Positions 1 through 11,400 of a stretch of DNA of 64,000 nucleotides are shown piece by piece; the first letter of the stretch is position 1, and the number at the start of each line of letters is the position of its first letter. Source of the stretch: Anaerohalosphaeraceae bacterium (GTDB lineage Bacteria; Planctomycetota; Phycisphaerae; Sedimentisphaerales; Anaerohalosphaeraceae); assembly GCA_963675525.2 (NCBI GenBank), contig CAXXSL010000018.1, positions 51,396-115,395 on the forward strand, read 5' to 3'. The notes beneath the pieces were generated by a model that was not told the origin of the DNA, did no database searches, and saw nothing but the letters and a program-made list of their open reading frames with translations. The position numbers and the translations under genes were made by a program.

Positions 1-814
1 GACAGGCCATGTCCCCCAACGCCCCGGTCCCGAAATCAACCCACGCCCTCCAATTCCAGGGATGATAGGCCGGATGATAAGGCCGCTGCGGGGCCGGACC
101 AAGCCACAAATCCCAATCCAGCGTTGCCGGTACCGCAGGGGTATCCGTCGGACGAAGCAGTCCCTGCGGCCATATCGGACGGTTTGTCCATGCATGGACC
201 TCACGAACATCACCAATGGCGCCATCCCAGATCCATTCACAGATACGGCGGATATCATTGCTGCTGTGTCCCTGATTGCCCATTTGCGTGACAACGCCGT
301 ATTTACGAGCCGCTTCAGTCAGCAAACGCGCTTCATAAACCGAATGCGTCAGCGGCTTTTGGACATAAACGTGTTTGCCGCAACGCATGGCCTCCATCGC
401 GATACAGGCATGGGTATGGTCTGGCGTGGCGATAATTACAGCGTCAATCTTGTCCCCCATCTCATCCAGCATGACACGATAATCTTTATACCGCTTGGCC
501 TCAGGATATTCGTCAAAGGTTTTTTTAGCATAGTCCCAGTCTACGTCGCACAGTGCGACGATATTTTGAGAGTTGGGGTCCGGCCAGGCACCCTCTTTAT
601 TCCGGTCGCTAAGCGGCAAACAGACTGCTCTCAGATTGCCTTTTCCCATACCGCCAACGCCAATGCCGGCAATATTCAATTTGCCGCTTGGCGGGGTTGT
701 CCCATTGCGGCCCAGTACATGGCCGGGCAAGATCGAAAAAGCTGCGATACCGGCGCCGGCCGTCTTGAGGAAGCTACGCCGATCCAATTTTGTCACCTTA
801 TGGTTTTTCATCAT
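1..814 (-). CDS. Gfo/Idh/MocA-family oxidoreductase with Tat signal (partial, runs off left edge)
   Basis: Not in ORF track. Manual translation from ATG 814: [22 protein letters not shown] (Tat motif)...[12 protein letters not shown] (Rossmann fold); same frame reads [17 protein letters not shown] at the window edge. Confidence 0.9.
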   Translation of the reverse strand, partial: MMKNHKVTKLDRRSFLKTAGAGIAAFSILPGHVLGRNGTTPPSGKLNIAGIGVGGMGKGNLRAVCLPLSDRNKEGAWPDPNSQNIVALCDVDWDYAKKTFDEYPEAKRYKDYRVMLDEMGDKIDAVIIATPDHTHACIAMEAMRCGKHVYVQKPLTHSVYEARLLTEAARKYGVVTQMGNQGHSSNDIRRICEWIWDGAIGDVREVHAWTNRPIWPQGLLRPTDTPAVPATLDWDLWLGPAPQRPYHPAYHPWNWRAWVDFGTGALGDMAC

Positions 815-851
815 TCAATTCCTAGAGAAATCTTTATAGTTGGCGCCATGT

Positions 852-1604
852 TCACTCATCCAACGGGCGAATCCAGATGTTACGGAATCGCATCGGATTG
901 CCATGATCCTGAAGCTTTAAAGGCAGTTTTTTGGCATGGGGTTCATAATGAGACCGGACTTTGTGAAATGTCGTCCCTTCGATCTGCCAATGGTCCTGTA
1001 CCAGCACCCCATTCTGTAAAACCGTAACCACAGCAGGTTTTACGACTTGATCAGCCTCAAAGACAGGCGCATGGAAGATAATATCGTATGTCTGCCATTG
1101 ACCGGGTTTTTTGCAGACATTGACCAAGGGCGGCTTTTGCCCATAGATCGCGGCCGCCTGACCGTCAGCATAGGTGACATTATCATAACAATCCAATACC
1201 TGTACCTCATACTTGCCCATCAGGAATACACCACTGTTCCCGCGCCCCTGACCATCCCCCTTCACCTCATCCGGTGTACGCCATTCTATGTGCAGCTGAC
1301 AGGAACCAAAGGATTGGCGGGTTTCAATATCGCCGGTTTTCGGTACCACCTCCATGAAATCATCCTGCACTTTCCATTTCGCATCGCCGCCGTCATTTAA
1401 GCTTTTCCAGGCGGACAAATTGCTTCCGTCAAACAGCACAATCGCATCAGAAGGCGGATCATTGTCGGTTTGACCCGGTGTGACAACCGGCGGAACCGGA
1501 CGTGATTCATCATGGACGGCCCACTGATAAGACTGTTCTGCTGCACATGCAATAACAGCAAGAATACTGATGACCAAGATGCTTCGGGTAATGATCGTCT
1601 TCAT
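852..1604 (-). CDS. DUF1080 (3-keto-disaccharide hydrolase-like) protein, exported
   Basis: Signal peptide; motifs LFDG, GNSGVFL, YEVQVLD, GQWQTYDI, LQDHGNPMRFRNIWI. Confidence 0.9.
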   Translation of the reverse strand: MKTIITRSILVISILAVIACAAEQSYQWAVHDESRPVPPVVTPGQTDNDPPSDAIVLFDGSNLSAWKSLNDGGDAKWKVQDDFMEVVPKTGDIETRQSFGSCQLHIEWRTPDEVKGDGQGRGNSGVFLMGKYEVQVLDCYDNVTYADGQAAAIYGQKPPLVNVCKKPGQWQTYDIIFHAPVFEADQVVKPAVVTVLQNGVLVQDHWQIEGTTFHKVRSHYEPHAKKLPLKLQDHGNPMRFRNIWIRPLDE

Positions 1605-1606
1605 CC

Positions 1607-4477
1607 TTATTTCCTTTTCTTTTCAAGCAATTCTGCGGCTTTATTTTTTATAACCTCATTGGTACTGGTATTCTTTAAATTCTGCAGAACAGATTTGGCC
1701 GCTGAAGGATTTTGTGTCAGCAGCTTTTCACATATTTGCAGGAGGCTTGCCTCCGCTTCCGCTTTTAAAGCCGGATCATCAAGCTTATCCTTAACGAAAG
1801 ACAGCGCCCGGATATTTCCGTAATGACCGAGTACGCCAATCACGATCTTCTGTTCGTCCGGTCGCTCGGCCAATGAATATGCGGCAATTAACTTGTTGAC
1901 TACCTGCTGTGGATCCTCGTCAACGGAAGTCTCTAACGCCTGAATATAGGCACGAAACGCCAATACCTTTGTTTTGGTATCCGATCCGGAGCGAGCCAAC
2001 ACTTTCATTTCTTTGATGAAATCATTTCCCGGCCAGTCGGTCATTGCCCGAAATGCTGCTCCGCTTAATTTTTTGTTTGATGAAGCATATTCGGTCTTCA
2101 ACAACTCAATTGTATCCTTTTGGCCCAACTTGCCCATCACTCGCAGAAGAGACACTTTGGCGTCCTCATTATCTGTAATTGCTGAATATTTATTCATAAT
2201 CATTGCGGCAAGCGCGTCACGATTTGGCATTTTTTCGGCAATGACGAGCAATGCATTTTCTGTGTTTGTTGCCGGTCTGGAAATCACCAGATCGACCAAC
2301 GCTTCGGCATGTTTCGGCCCGGCCAGCGATTGAATTGCTCGAACGGATTCGGAAGAAATTCTCTGGTTATCGGTTTGGGCCGTTTGAAACAGTACGTCTG
2401 GTGCACCTTCAATCTGTCGGCTCACGGTTGCTTTTATCAATTCGACAACACCCTTTTCATCAAGCCCTCCCTTTGGTGAATCACCAATCTTTTTCAGAAT
2501 GGCCGTATCAATTTCTTTACCGGGAATTTGGTATAACGCCTTCTGTGCCGCGGTACGCTCATCGCGATCCGGCGCCATCCCGGCGGACATGGCGAGAATT
2601 TCGATGTCCGAGGCATTGCCGGTTTTGGCCAGCGCCTTGAAAGCGGCAATTCTCATGGACGACTGATCGCTGTTTACCATTTGCAGCGCCATCGCCCTGC
2701 CCGCTTCCCGCGACTTATCAGACAGAACCGATAATAGCTGGATTTGTACTGTTTGGGGCATCGTGGACGCATCTGCGGCAATGGATTCCAAAAACGGATT
2801 ATTATTAATATATCCCAGGGACTGGATCGCCGCCGTACGTACTTTCACATCTTCTCCCCGGATGGCATTTGATAACAGCGTCTGAATGTTCGTTGCATCG
2901 GCCTTGGCCAGGCCCGTCAGCGCGGCGGCGCGGATAACCGGCGGATTCCCCGCCTGATACAGCTTTTGATAGATTGCATTCGCCTGCTGTTTTTGGCCTG
3001 TCTTGCATAGGGCCTCTGCACACATCAGAAGTGCATCGGCGCAACGTTCTTGAGCGGAACCGGCTAAATCGGTTTTGATACGAAACAATTCGTCGGTCGA
3101 TGCTTCCGACCCGAGCATCCCTAAGGCCCTGAAAAATGCAGCGCTGACTTGTTCATCATTTTCTGCCGTCGTTAAAAATATTTCACGCGACAGGGAAACA
3201 ACACGTTCACTCTTGCGATCACCGAGTGTTGTGAGAATGCCGATTAAAACATGTTTATTCTTCGTTGCTTTGGCCGTCTTTACGAAAACGTCGTCTACGG
3301 CCTGCCCGGGTATCTTTTCTAATGCATAACGGGCGATATTGGTTGTTTCGGGGTCTGCCAGCATTTCGGATAAAACCGGTACTGACTTTTCCGTTCCGAT
3401 CACGGCCAGTTGTCGGCAGATAAAATCCTTAGCCGCCGGCGACACATCGGTATCCAGTTGCGCCAGCAGTTTGCCTTCAATAACGCCGAGTGCTTTTTCA
3501 TCGTTAAAATGCGACCGAATCAAAGCCTGAATTTGGATTAAAGCCGCGCGGCTCTTGTTCCAGTCATATTCATCAAGCTGTGTGATCAGGTTATCCAACG
3601 CATTGACATCGAACAGATGTGAACCGGCCTTAATGGGACTGTCGTCCACCTTCAAGTCACCCATAGCATACTGGATGCCGGCCAGGTAATGTGCCAGCAC
3701 GGCCGGATTCCAGGTAACCGCATTGTCATGGCCCAGGGAACAATAAAACAGCCGCCCACTTCCGACGGGTTTAATCCAACTAATGCCGGTATCCATATCA
3801 TCCGGCTCAACCCCCTCGGCATTACGCGTCGTCGGATCAGACATATCCAGGCTCATCAATACGCGCTGTTTGTCGCGGGAATAAAGCGGCGGTGCGGTGC
3901 GGTAAATCTCATCCTTGATCTTAAATCCCTGCCCTTCAAATGATTTCACGAGTGGATGGTCCGGATCGTCTATCTTGATGGCCCATGTGCCGCTGCCGAC
4001 CCACGGGTGGCCCTTGAACACCCCTCCCATCATTTCCATGCCTGCGGGCCATTCATTAAAGTTATCCGTGGCCGCATGGATACCGACGATTCCCTTGCCG
4101 CTCTTGATAAAATTCATGATTGCCTGCTGCTGTTCGTCATTCGGCACCAGTCCGGTTGTATTGTTAAAGCAGATCACATCGAAGCGTTTCAGCGACTCGG
4201 GTGTAAAGACACTCATATCATCGCTGTGAACAACCTTGAAAGCACCGGTCTTTTCGCCCATCACATCCAGCGCCTTGGTCCAATAGGGAATCGAACTATG
4301 CTTGAAGCCATTGCATAAACTAAAGACCAGCATTGTCCGCGGTTTAACCGAATGGACGATCGGTTTATCCGGCATGGCTTGCTGTATTTTCTGAACTTCC
4401 GGATCTGTAACGGCCAAGGTAAGTGTTGCTGTTAAGAGTATAAAAAGTACAAAAAACTTTATGTAATTGTGCATCAT
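1607..4477 (-). CDS. ThuA-like (trehalose utilisation) domain fused to long HEAT-repeat region, exported
   Basis: Start moved to ATG 4477 (GAGGTGG RBS, signal peptide). GFKHSSIP, GIHAATD, DEIY, GRLFYCSLGHD are ThuA-like; C-terminal ~650 aa is helical repeats (CRQLAVIG, ARYALEKIPG). Confidence 0.8.
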   Translation of the reverse strand: MMHNYIKFFVLFILLTATLTLAVTDPEVQKIQQAMPDKPIVHSVKPRTMLVFSLCNGFKHSSIPYWTKALDVMGEKTGAFKVVHSDDMSVFTPESLKRFDVICFNNTTGLVPNDEQQQAIMNFIKSGKGIVGIHAATDNFNEWPAGMEMMGGVFKGHPWVGSGTWAIKIDDPDHPLVKSFEGQGFKIKDEIYRTAPPLYSRDKQRVLMSLDMSDPTTRNAEGVEPDDMDTGISWIKPVGSGRLFYCSLGHDNAVTWNPAVLAHYLAGIQYAMGDLKVDDSPIKAGSHLFDVNALDNLITQLDEYDWNKSRAALIQIQALIRSHFNDEKALGVIEGKLLAQLDTDVSPAAKDFICRQLAVIGTEKSVPVLSEMLADPETTNIARYALEKIPGQAVDDVFVKTAKATKNKHVLIGILTTLGDRKSERVVSLSREIFLTTAENDEQVSAAFFRALGMLGSEASTDELFRIKTDLAGSAQERCADALLMCAEALCKTGQKQQANAIYQKLYQAGNPPVIRAAALTGLAKADATNIQTLLSNAIRGEDVKVRTAAIQSLGYINNNPFLESIAADASTMPQTVQIQLLSVLSDKSREAGRAMALQMVNSDQSSMRIAAFKALAKTGNASDIEILAMSAGMAPDRDERTAAQKALYQIPGKEIDTAILKKIGDSPKGGLDEKGVVELIKATVSRQIEGAPDVLFQTAQTDNQRISSESVRAIQSLAGPKHAEALVDLVISRPATNTENALLVIAEKMPNRDALAAMIMNKYSAITDNEDAKVSLLRVMGKLGQKDTIELLKTEYASSNKKLSGAAFRAMTDWPGNDFIKEMKVLARSGSDTKTKVLAFRAYIQALETSVDEDPQQVVNKLIAAYSLAERPDEQKIVIGVLGHYGNIRALSFVKDKLDDPALKAEAEASLLQICEKLLTQNPSAAKSVLQNLKNTSTNEVIKNKAAELLEKKRK

Positions 4478-4521
4478 GCCACCTCGTTTTATCAAATCGA
4501 ATATACCTTTTTTTATTCCGT

Positions 4522-5835
4522 TCACAATTGCCAGGGACCACGATAAGAACGCATCAAATAACGGCTTGCTTCTTCGTCTCCAACAAATTCTTCTTTTTCA
4601 GGATTCCACTTTAATTGACGCCCTGTCAACATCGCGATTTCTCCCAGGAGACCCACACTGATAGAACGATGGGCCACCTCGGCAGGGGTAATTGTTTCTC
4701 TGCGTGATTTAACACAATCAATAAAATTCCTGTGGTGATTGTCGCTTTTGTATAGCTGTATTTCGTCAGGCCCAATCACTTCACGAAGTATATTTGTATT
4801 GGAAGCCTGCAGTCCTGCCCGATTGACATGAACCCACCCCTGGTCCCCATACCAGCAGGTTCCCATTCCGTGTGGCTGTTTAGATGCATTTGCTACACGA
4901 ATTGTTATTCCATTTTCATAGGTGCACATAAAATTATATGCATAAGGGACATCATAAATCCCATCTTCGGGATACTCGCCTTTGCCCTCGATCTCTACAG
5001 GTCCGGTCCGGTCCAATCCCAACCCCCAATGAGCCACATCAATATGATGACCCGCCCAATCCGTTAACTGTCCGCCTGAATAGTCCATGATCCACCGCCA
5101 GTCCCAGTGAACCCCCTGTCTGCCAAAATCCTGGTAAGGACGCCACGGAGCTGACCCCAGCCACATGTCATAATTGAACGTGTCCGGCACGGAAAGAAAC
5201 TGCACATCCGGGCCTCGCCGATCCCCGTCCGGCAATCCGACTTCGACATGCTTGACATTTCCAATGCGTCCATTGCGAACCAGTTCTGCGGCTCGATGGA
5301 AATTGGAAACCGATCGCTGCCAACTGCCCGTCTGCCATATCGTGCCATACCGTTTCACCGCATCACAGATTGCCCGCCCTTCATAAATCGATCGTGCCAG
5401 CGGCTTTTCCCCGTACATATCAATTCCCTTACGGGTACATGCTACGGCAACGGAAGCATGCCAGTGGTCCGGTAGTCCATGACTGGCAATATCAACCTCT
5501 TCTTTATCGAGAAGTTCTCGATAATCCTGGTAAATCCGACAATCATTATTACCGTATCGATTGTCAACGTTCCTTTTTTGTTCGTTAGCGCGATTTAAAT
5601 CGACATCGCAAACCGCAACGACCTGTAATTCAGAACCCAATCCTAAAAAAGAATTTAAATTGGCGCTGCCCATCGACCCGCAGCCAATCTGAGCCATCGT
5701 AAGACGATTACTGGGAGCAATTGTCCCGGCTTTGCCTAAGGCAGAAGAACGAATAATATAAGGAAAGCCAACCACACCTGCGGTCACAGCCATTGTCTTT
5801 TTCAAAAACATCCGTCGGTTGACCGTTTTTCTCAT
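4522..5835 (-). CDS. Gfo/Idh/MocA-family oxidoreductase with Tat signal
   Basis: NRRMFLKK Tat motif; IGCGSMG, PDHWH, EKPL, QTGSWQRS, DWAGHHID. Confidence 0.9.
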   Translation of the reverse strand: MRKTVNRRMFLKKTMAVTAGVVGFPYIIRSSALGKAGTIAPSNRLTMAQIGCGSMGSANLNSFLGLGSELQVVAVCDVDLNRANEQKRNVDNRYGNNDCRIYQDYRELLDKEEVDIASHGLPDHWHASVAVACTRKGIDMYGEKPLARSIYEGRAICDAVKRYGTIWQTGSWQRSVSNFHRAAELVRNGRIGNVKHVEVGLPDGDRRGPDVQFLSVPDTFNYDMWLGSAPWRPYQDFGRQGVHWDWRWIMDYSGGQLTDWAGHHIDVAHWGLGLDRTGPVEIEGKGEYPEDGIYDVPYAYNFMCTYENGITIRVANASKQPHGMGTCWYGDQGWVHVNRAGLQASNTNILREVIGPDEIQLYKSDNHHRNFIDCVKSRRETITPAEVAHRSISVGLLGEIAMLTGRQLKWNPEKEEFVGDEEASRYLMRSYRGPWQL

Positions 5836-5955
5836 AAGTTAAATCCTGAATTCATTTTATCAATCGTTGGTTTTATAGACAAGAACTCCGTAAACGACTA
5901 TTTTATTTCAGCGTTCGCAGTAAACGCTTTTTCACGAGGATTATCGTACCCATTA

Positions 5956-6945
5956 TTATCCAAAGGCATCATCGAACTGAACATTGGATGGCGCAAAGTC
6001 AACTTGCTTCACAAAATCGCAAGCTTCCGCCGCACCATGCATACGATCCATTCCACAATCTTCCCATTCGACTGACAGAGGACCCGTATAGCCGATTTGG
6101 TTTAAGGTACGAATAATCTCCTCAAAATCCACTCCGCCGTGCCCCAGTGACCGGAAATCCCATCCACGATTTGGCTTTCCAAAATTCAAATGCGACCCCA
6201 GAATACCGGTATAACCGTCCAGTTGAAGCGCCGCGTCTTTCATGTGAACATGATATATGCGGTCTGGAAACTCTTTCAAAAATCGAACCGGATCGACCAT
6301 CTGCCAGTGCAAGTGACTCGGGTCAAAATTGAAACCAAATGCCTCACGATGCCCAACAGCCTCCAATGCCTTTTTAGCGGTCACAATATCGAATGCGATC
6401 TCGGTCGGGTGAACTTCCAACGCAAACTTCACATCGTTTTCATCAAAAACATCCAGGATCGGATTCCACATTTCAGCGAAGTACTTGAACCCATCATCAA
6501 TCATCTGATCAGTCACCGGTGGGAAACTGTAAAGCATATGCCAGATACTTGAGCCGGTAAATCCATTGACGACTTTAATGCCCAGATTTCCGGCCGCCTT
6601 TGCAGATGCTTTCATCGCACCCACTGCCCAGGCTCGTTTCTTTTCGGCATCGCCCGCGCAATCAGCCGGCGCAAACATATCGGAGCGAGAGTCATTATTC
6701 AGATCACACACCAACTGGCCGGCCAGGTGATTGCTGATCGCAAACAACTGAAGATTGTTTTTTTTCAGAATCGCTTTCTGCCGATCGCAGTAATCCATAT
6801 TCTCGGCGGCTTTGAATACATCCATATGATCGCCCCAACAGGCCAGTTCCAAGCCATCGTAACCCATTTCAGCCATTTTTTGAGCCAGTTCTTCGAGCGT
6901 TAAATCCGCCCACTGGCCGGTAAACATCGTTACAGGTCGTGCCAT
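5956..6945 (-). CDS. Sugar phosphate isomerase/epimerase-family TIM barrel (AP endonuclease 2 fold), possible keto-glycoside lyase/hydratase
   Basis: FTGQWADL, GYDGLELACWGDH, FALEVHPTEIAFD, NFDPSHL, HVHMKD, SVEWED. Confidence 0.88.
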   Translation of the reverse strand: MARPVTMFTGQWADLTLEELAQKMAEMGYDGLELACWGDHMDVFKAAENMDYCDRQKAILKKNNLQLFAISNHLAGQLVCDLNNDSRSDMFAPADCAGDAEKKRAWAVGAMKASAKAAGNLGIKVVNGFTGSSIWHMLYSFPPVTDQMIDDGFKYFAEMWNPILDVFDENDVKFALEVHPTEIAFDIVTAKKALEAVGHREAFGFNFDPSHLHWQMVDPVRFLKEFPDRIYHVHMKDAALQLDGYTGILGSHLNFGKPNRGWDFRSLGHGGVDFEEIIRTLNQIGYTGPLSVEWEDCGMDRMHGAAEACDFVKQVDFAPSNVQFDDAFG

Positions 6946-6975
6946 ATCAACATCTCCTTGATCTATTCTTTGGGT

Positions 6976-8148
6976 TTACTTTTTAAATTGAGTCCATTTC
7001 TGTTTACTCTTGGCGCTGGCAACCAGCGTCTCCAAAAACAGCATGCCGCGCAAACCATCTTCCACATTCGGGAAATCCAGCATCAACGCGTCCGGTTTGA
7101 CACGCATGATGCGAGCCTTCACCGTATCGGTAAAATTACGATAAATATTCGCCATCGCCTCAAAGAACGCTTCTGGGTGTCCGCTTGGCAGCCGTGTTGC
7201 ACGACCGGCAGCCTGGCTGTAATCGCCGATATACGCATTGCCGCGTTTCCATGTTTGCATCGCCCCGTCCTGCGATTTGACATAGAGATAATTCGGATGT
7301 TCCTGATGCCATTCCAGGCCGCCCTTTTCGCCGTAAACCCAAATAGCCAGATCATTTTCTTCTCCAACGGAAATCTGACTGGCATGGAGGACTCCGCGAG
7401 CACCATTATTATACTTAACAAGACAGTTGACGTCATCATCCAGCTTGCGACCCTTAACAAATGATGTCAGTTCGGCACAGAGATGGGTCATCTTCAAGCC
7501 GGTAATGTATTCGGCCAGATTTTCAGCATGGGTACCGATGTCGCCTCCGCAGCCGGAAGCCCCGCTTTGTTTCGGGTCCGTACGCCAGGAGGCCTGCTGT
7601 TGACCGGTTTTTTCCAGAGCGGTGGATAACCAGCCTTGTGGATACTGGACAACAATCTTGCGAACTTTCCCAAGCTCACCATTTTTAACCATGTCTTTGG
7701 CCAGCTTCACCATTGGATAACCGGTGTAATTATGCATTAAGCCAAAGACGCGGCGTGTTTTTTTGGCAATTTTAACCAGAGCACGCGCTTCCTTCGTTGT
7801 CAGCGTCATCGGCTTTTCGCACATGACATGAAACCCCGCTTCGAGAAGGTCTTTTGCGATCGGGAAATGCCAATTATTCGGTGTGCATACCGTCACGAAG
7901 TCCATGCGCTCACCATCAGGAAGTTGGATCTCTTTTTCGATCATTTCCTTATAGTCTTTATAAACACGTTTAGGGTTGAGATTCAGCTCTCTCCCCATTT
8001 GTTTAGATTTGCGCGGATTGATGTCGAACGCACCCCCAACAATTTCGATTTGACCATCCATTCGGGCGGCCTTGCGGTGCACATCACCAATGAATGCACC
8101 CGGACCACCTCCAACCATCCCCATTTTCAGCATTCTGCCAAGATTCAT
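6976..8148 (-). CDS. Gfo/Idh/MocA-family oxidoreductase, cytoplasmic
   Basis: GMVGGGPGAFIGDVHR, TPNNWH, CEKP, GDIGTHA, GHPEAF. Start at 8148 has AAAGGGG upstream; 8163 is the alternative. Confidence 0.9.
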   Translation of the reverse strand: MNLGRMLKMGMVGGGPGAFIGDVHRKAARMDGQIEIVGGAFDINPRKSKQMGRELNLNPKRVYKDYKEMIEKEIQLPDGERMDFVTVCTPNNWHFPIAKDLLEAGFHVMCEKPMTLTTKEARALVKIAKKTRRVFGLMHNYTGYPMVKLAKDMVKNGELGKVRKIVVQYPQGWLSTALEKTGQQQASWRTDPKQSGASGCGGDIGTHAENLAEYITGLKMTHLCAELTSFVKGRKLDDDVNCLVKYNNGARGVLHASQISVGEENDLAIWVYGEKGGLEWHQEHPNYLYVKSQDGAMQTWKRGNAYIGDYSQAAGRATRLPSGHPEAFFEAMANIYRNFTDTVKARIMRVKPDALMLDFPNVEDGLRGMLFLETLVASAKSKQKWTQFKK

Positions 8149-8479
8149 GCCGACCCCTTTCATGAAATGAAATGTTGTGTTAAATTCATTCTCGATAAAT
8201 ACCTACAAGGAACAGTTATCTTATTGCAACTGACAAATACAAACAAGCAAAAAACCCAAGATCCAATCGGCCATAAATTCACACTACGGATTAGCTGTCT
8301 AAAAGTGTATCGCTGGCGCGCAAGGAATGTTCGTTAGGGGTAGGGAATGTCGTGATTCCGAGTGATTCCTGTTTGTTTCTTTTATAGAATAGGATACCTG
8401 GGGGCAACCAGTCGCTGACCAATCCGCTCGTCAGACAATAAAACAATCAGGGTGCCCGCCTGGAAACAGATTCCTGTAT

Positions 8480-11400
8480 TTACCATCCCGCGGTTGGAGT
8501 ATTGGCCTGCCAATTAGCTGGATCGCTACCTGATGCGGCTACCCCAGAAGAAATACGGTGCAATGCCAAACCGGTCCCATCCGGCTCGGACGGCCATGGC
8601 CAGGAATCATTATAGATACATTCATCAACAATAATCCAGGAAACAGTTAACGGGTCCAATGGGTCATCAGAATCCTGAGGTTTCTCCAGCGTCAGTCGTT
8701 CACCACCGTTCGAAAGGTCACCGCTCCACGGACCAAAGATATCTACGCCTGCGGTCAGGTTACCTGTACCGTAGGCCGCCTCGAACGCATCCAGCAGGCC
8801 GGTATCTGTGGGATCAAACCCAACGACCAGGATCCGTCCATTGTTTGCTAAGGCGGGTGTTCCTGCGGGGAATTCATAATCCACCGCACCATCCAAAGCC
8901 CAACCTCGTGTGCCAGCAAGCGGCAGAACCGTCGTCAGCGGCACTGACGAACCCGTGGAATTGTAAAGTTCAACATATTCCTCTTTTGCCGTGCCTTCGG
9001 TCGGATGATACATAAACTCATTGATAACAACATGCAGAACGGCGTTATTATTTGCACCGTTGCGTGTCGCCGGATTCATACTGAACCAATAGTTGCCGCC
9101 ATCCGGATATCGTCCCAGTGAAACACTGTTTTCCTGCCCCTTGAACGGGATGCAGTCAACGACGCGGTCAACACCTGTAGTGCCGGGCAGATACGACAGG
9201 AAAATCTCATCCCCCGCCTTATCCAGCCCCCAGCCATTCGGACCAGTCCCGTCCGGATTGAAATGGGTCACCTGGTCGTAACTGACATGGCCACCGCTTG
9301 AAAGGCTTGACACAGGCAACGCGTACTTTTTGAGATCGTCAATATCATCGCTCAAATACCAGTTGCCGTTCAGACTTACCGTCGAACCACCGGCGTTATA
9401 AAGCTCGATCCAGTCATTGGACTCATGCGGCGGTACGGGATAATCAGTATGCGCCATAAATTCATTGATGACAACACCTGCGGCAGGAGTCGGATCAGCC
9501 TCACCGGGCGAACCGCCGATATAGGTACTTTGCCGCCAGTTCCCGCCAAAGTTCAGCACTCGCAGCGGCTGGCTTGGGTCAATGGCGGCTGACAACGGCA
9601 CCAGCGAATGCCCTGCGCCGTCGGCAGCGATTGGCCAGCCACGCGCATCGTTATACTCAAATTCAACAATCGTTCCGTCCCATGTATCTTCCAGTTTGAG
9701 ATTTTCGCCCCCGTTAGACAGACTGCTGTCGACAAACGTTCCGGCGATCTGACTGTTCCAAGTTGTTCCGTACTGAGCCTGGAATGCCGCCTGGTCTTTG
9801 ATTACCAGGACAAAGGCACCCGGATCCAAAAACTCAACAGCGCTTCCCAGGAAGACAAATTCGACGCCGCTGGTGAACGAGGCATCTCTTAGGTCCAGCT
9901 GGGTGGTGCCGGTGTTCTGCAGCTCGATGAATTCTGCATCGCCGTTGTTATACATCACCTCCGTAATCCGCAAATGATCTCGAAGGTCGGTTCCAAGAGC
10001 CGCTCCGGCGACAAACTCGACGGGGGCTGACCAGTGACTCCAGCGGCCGGTGGTGTCTTTCATTTTGCAGCGAACCCGGTAGGTCTTGCCGGTGGTCACG
10101 CCGTCTGCCGGAATCAGGACGTCACTATTGAACGGCGTTAATTCATCGCTTTCCCAAACTGCCTGAAGCTCATATTTTTTCTTCGACAAAATAGAAACTG
10201 GAGGGGCAGATGCGCCAAGGTCAGCAGTAATGCTGACATCAATCGAGAAATCACTGCTGCCCACCGTTGCCTGCAGGGCATGAACAGCGATAACATTTGC
10301 GCCGTTAATCAGATAACTATAGGGTCCCGTTAAAGTGACGACTTCGTAAGTTCCTGTTTGCCAATCGGCTTCATGATCGCCTGTTTCCGTTGTATCGTCA
10401 TAATCTTTATCTCCGGCACTGCAATACCGTCTTGCTACTTCGGTGCCGTTGATATAAATGATACAGCCGTCGTCAACATACACATGCAGTTTTAATGTTT
10501 CGATTTGAGTTGTATCTGCAACCGTAAATGTATTCCGCAGATAAACCGAAGGATAATTGTCTTCCATATCCGACAGAACCGTCAGGTCGTCGCCATCTGC
10601 AAAGCCGATACTGGCCGGACCGGACAACCAACCTCCATCGTTAAATCCGTTCAGATTCCAACTTGAAGAGGGCTCTTCGGTCCCCTTAAAGTATTTCCAC
10701 GTTGCGTTCTGATCCAGCAGCGTGACGGTTTGTGCCGATCCCGAAGCGGGTTCGACCTCGGCGATTCGCCATTTCATGGCGGCAAAAGTTCCGCTGCCCT
10801 GCGGGTCGCTGAATGCGGTGGTCTGGAATTGAAGATCGTTTTCCGGGTATCCGGCTGTACCGATATAGCTGATCGTCGGGGTGTTCGGAATATTGGTACT
10901 ATCGTCTTCTGCTCCCCCCAGGTTATCCAGATTATTTGACGTGCCGACCCAATAGTACCTGCCATAAAAGTCGCCGGGTGTCCAGGCAAACTGATACATC
11001 AGGGCAAGGTTGTCTTCCAGCGTTCCGTTGTCGATTGCGCCGCCGGGGGTGGGGTCCTCTTTCCAGCGGTCGCGATCGGCCGGCACAATATCCGAAATAA
11101 CGGAGGCCAATTCGGCAATCATTGGGTCAATGACTTCCGGCTGCCACAGCAAATCACGAAACTCCCGGATATAGTTGCGGTATTCCTGTTTCAGCGCTGA
11201 TTTCGCGGGATCGATGGAATATTGATCCAAGTCATGGTCACCTTCAAAGCCTATATCATAGATCGCACTCTTTCCGTGATTAATCCCGTAATTGAAAAAG
11301 GGGCCCCAGCTGTCATCGATATCAAACGGCATGAACTGGACCTTGCCATAATAACTGTTCTCCGCCGTATAGGGGGGAGTAAAATACCAAGCCACATTCT

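Noticed and set aside
62..1027. 321-aa plus-strand ORF
   Set aside because: Antisense shadow of the minus-strand Gfo/Idh/MocA and DUF1080 genes; no recognisable motifs.
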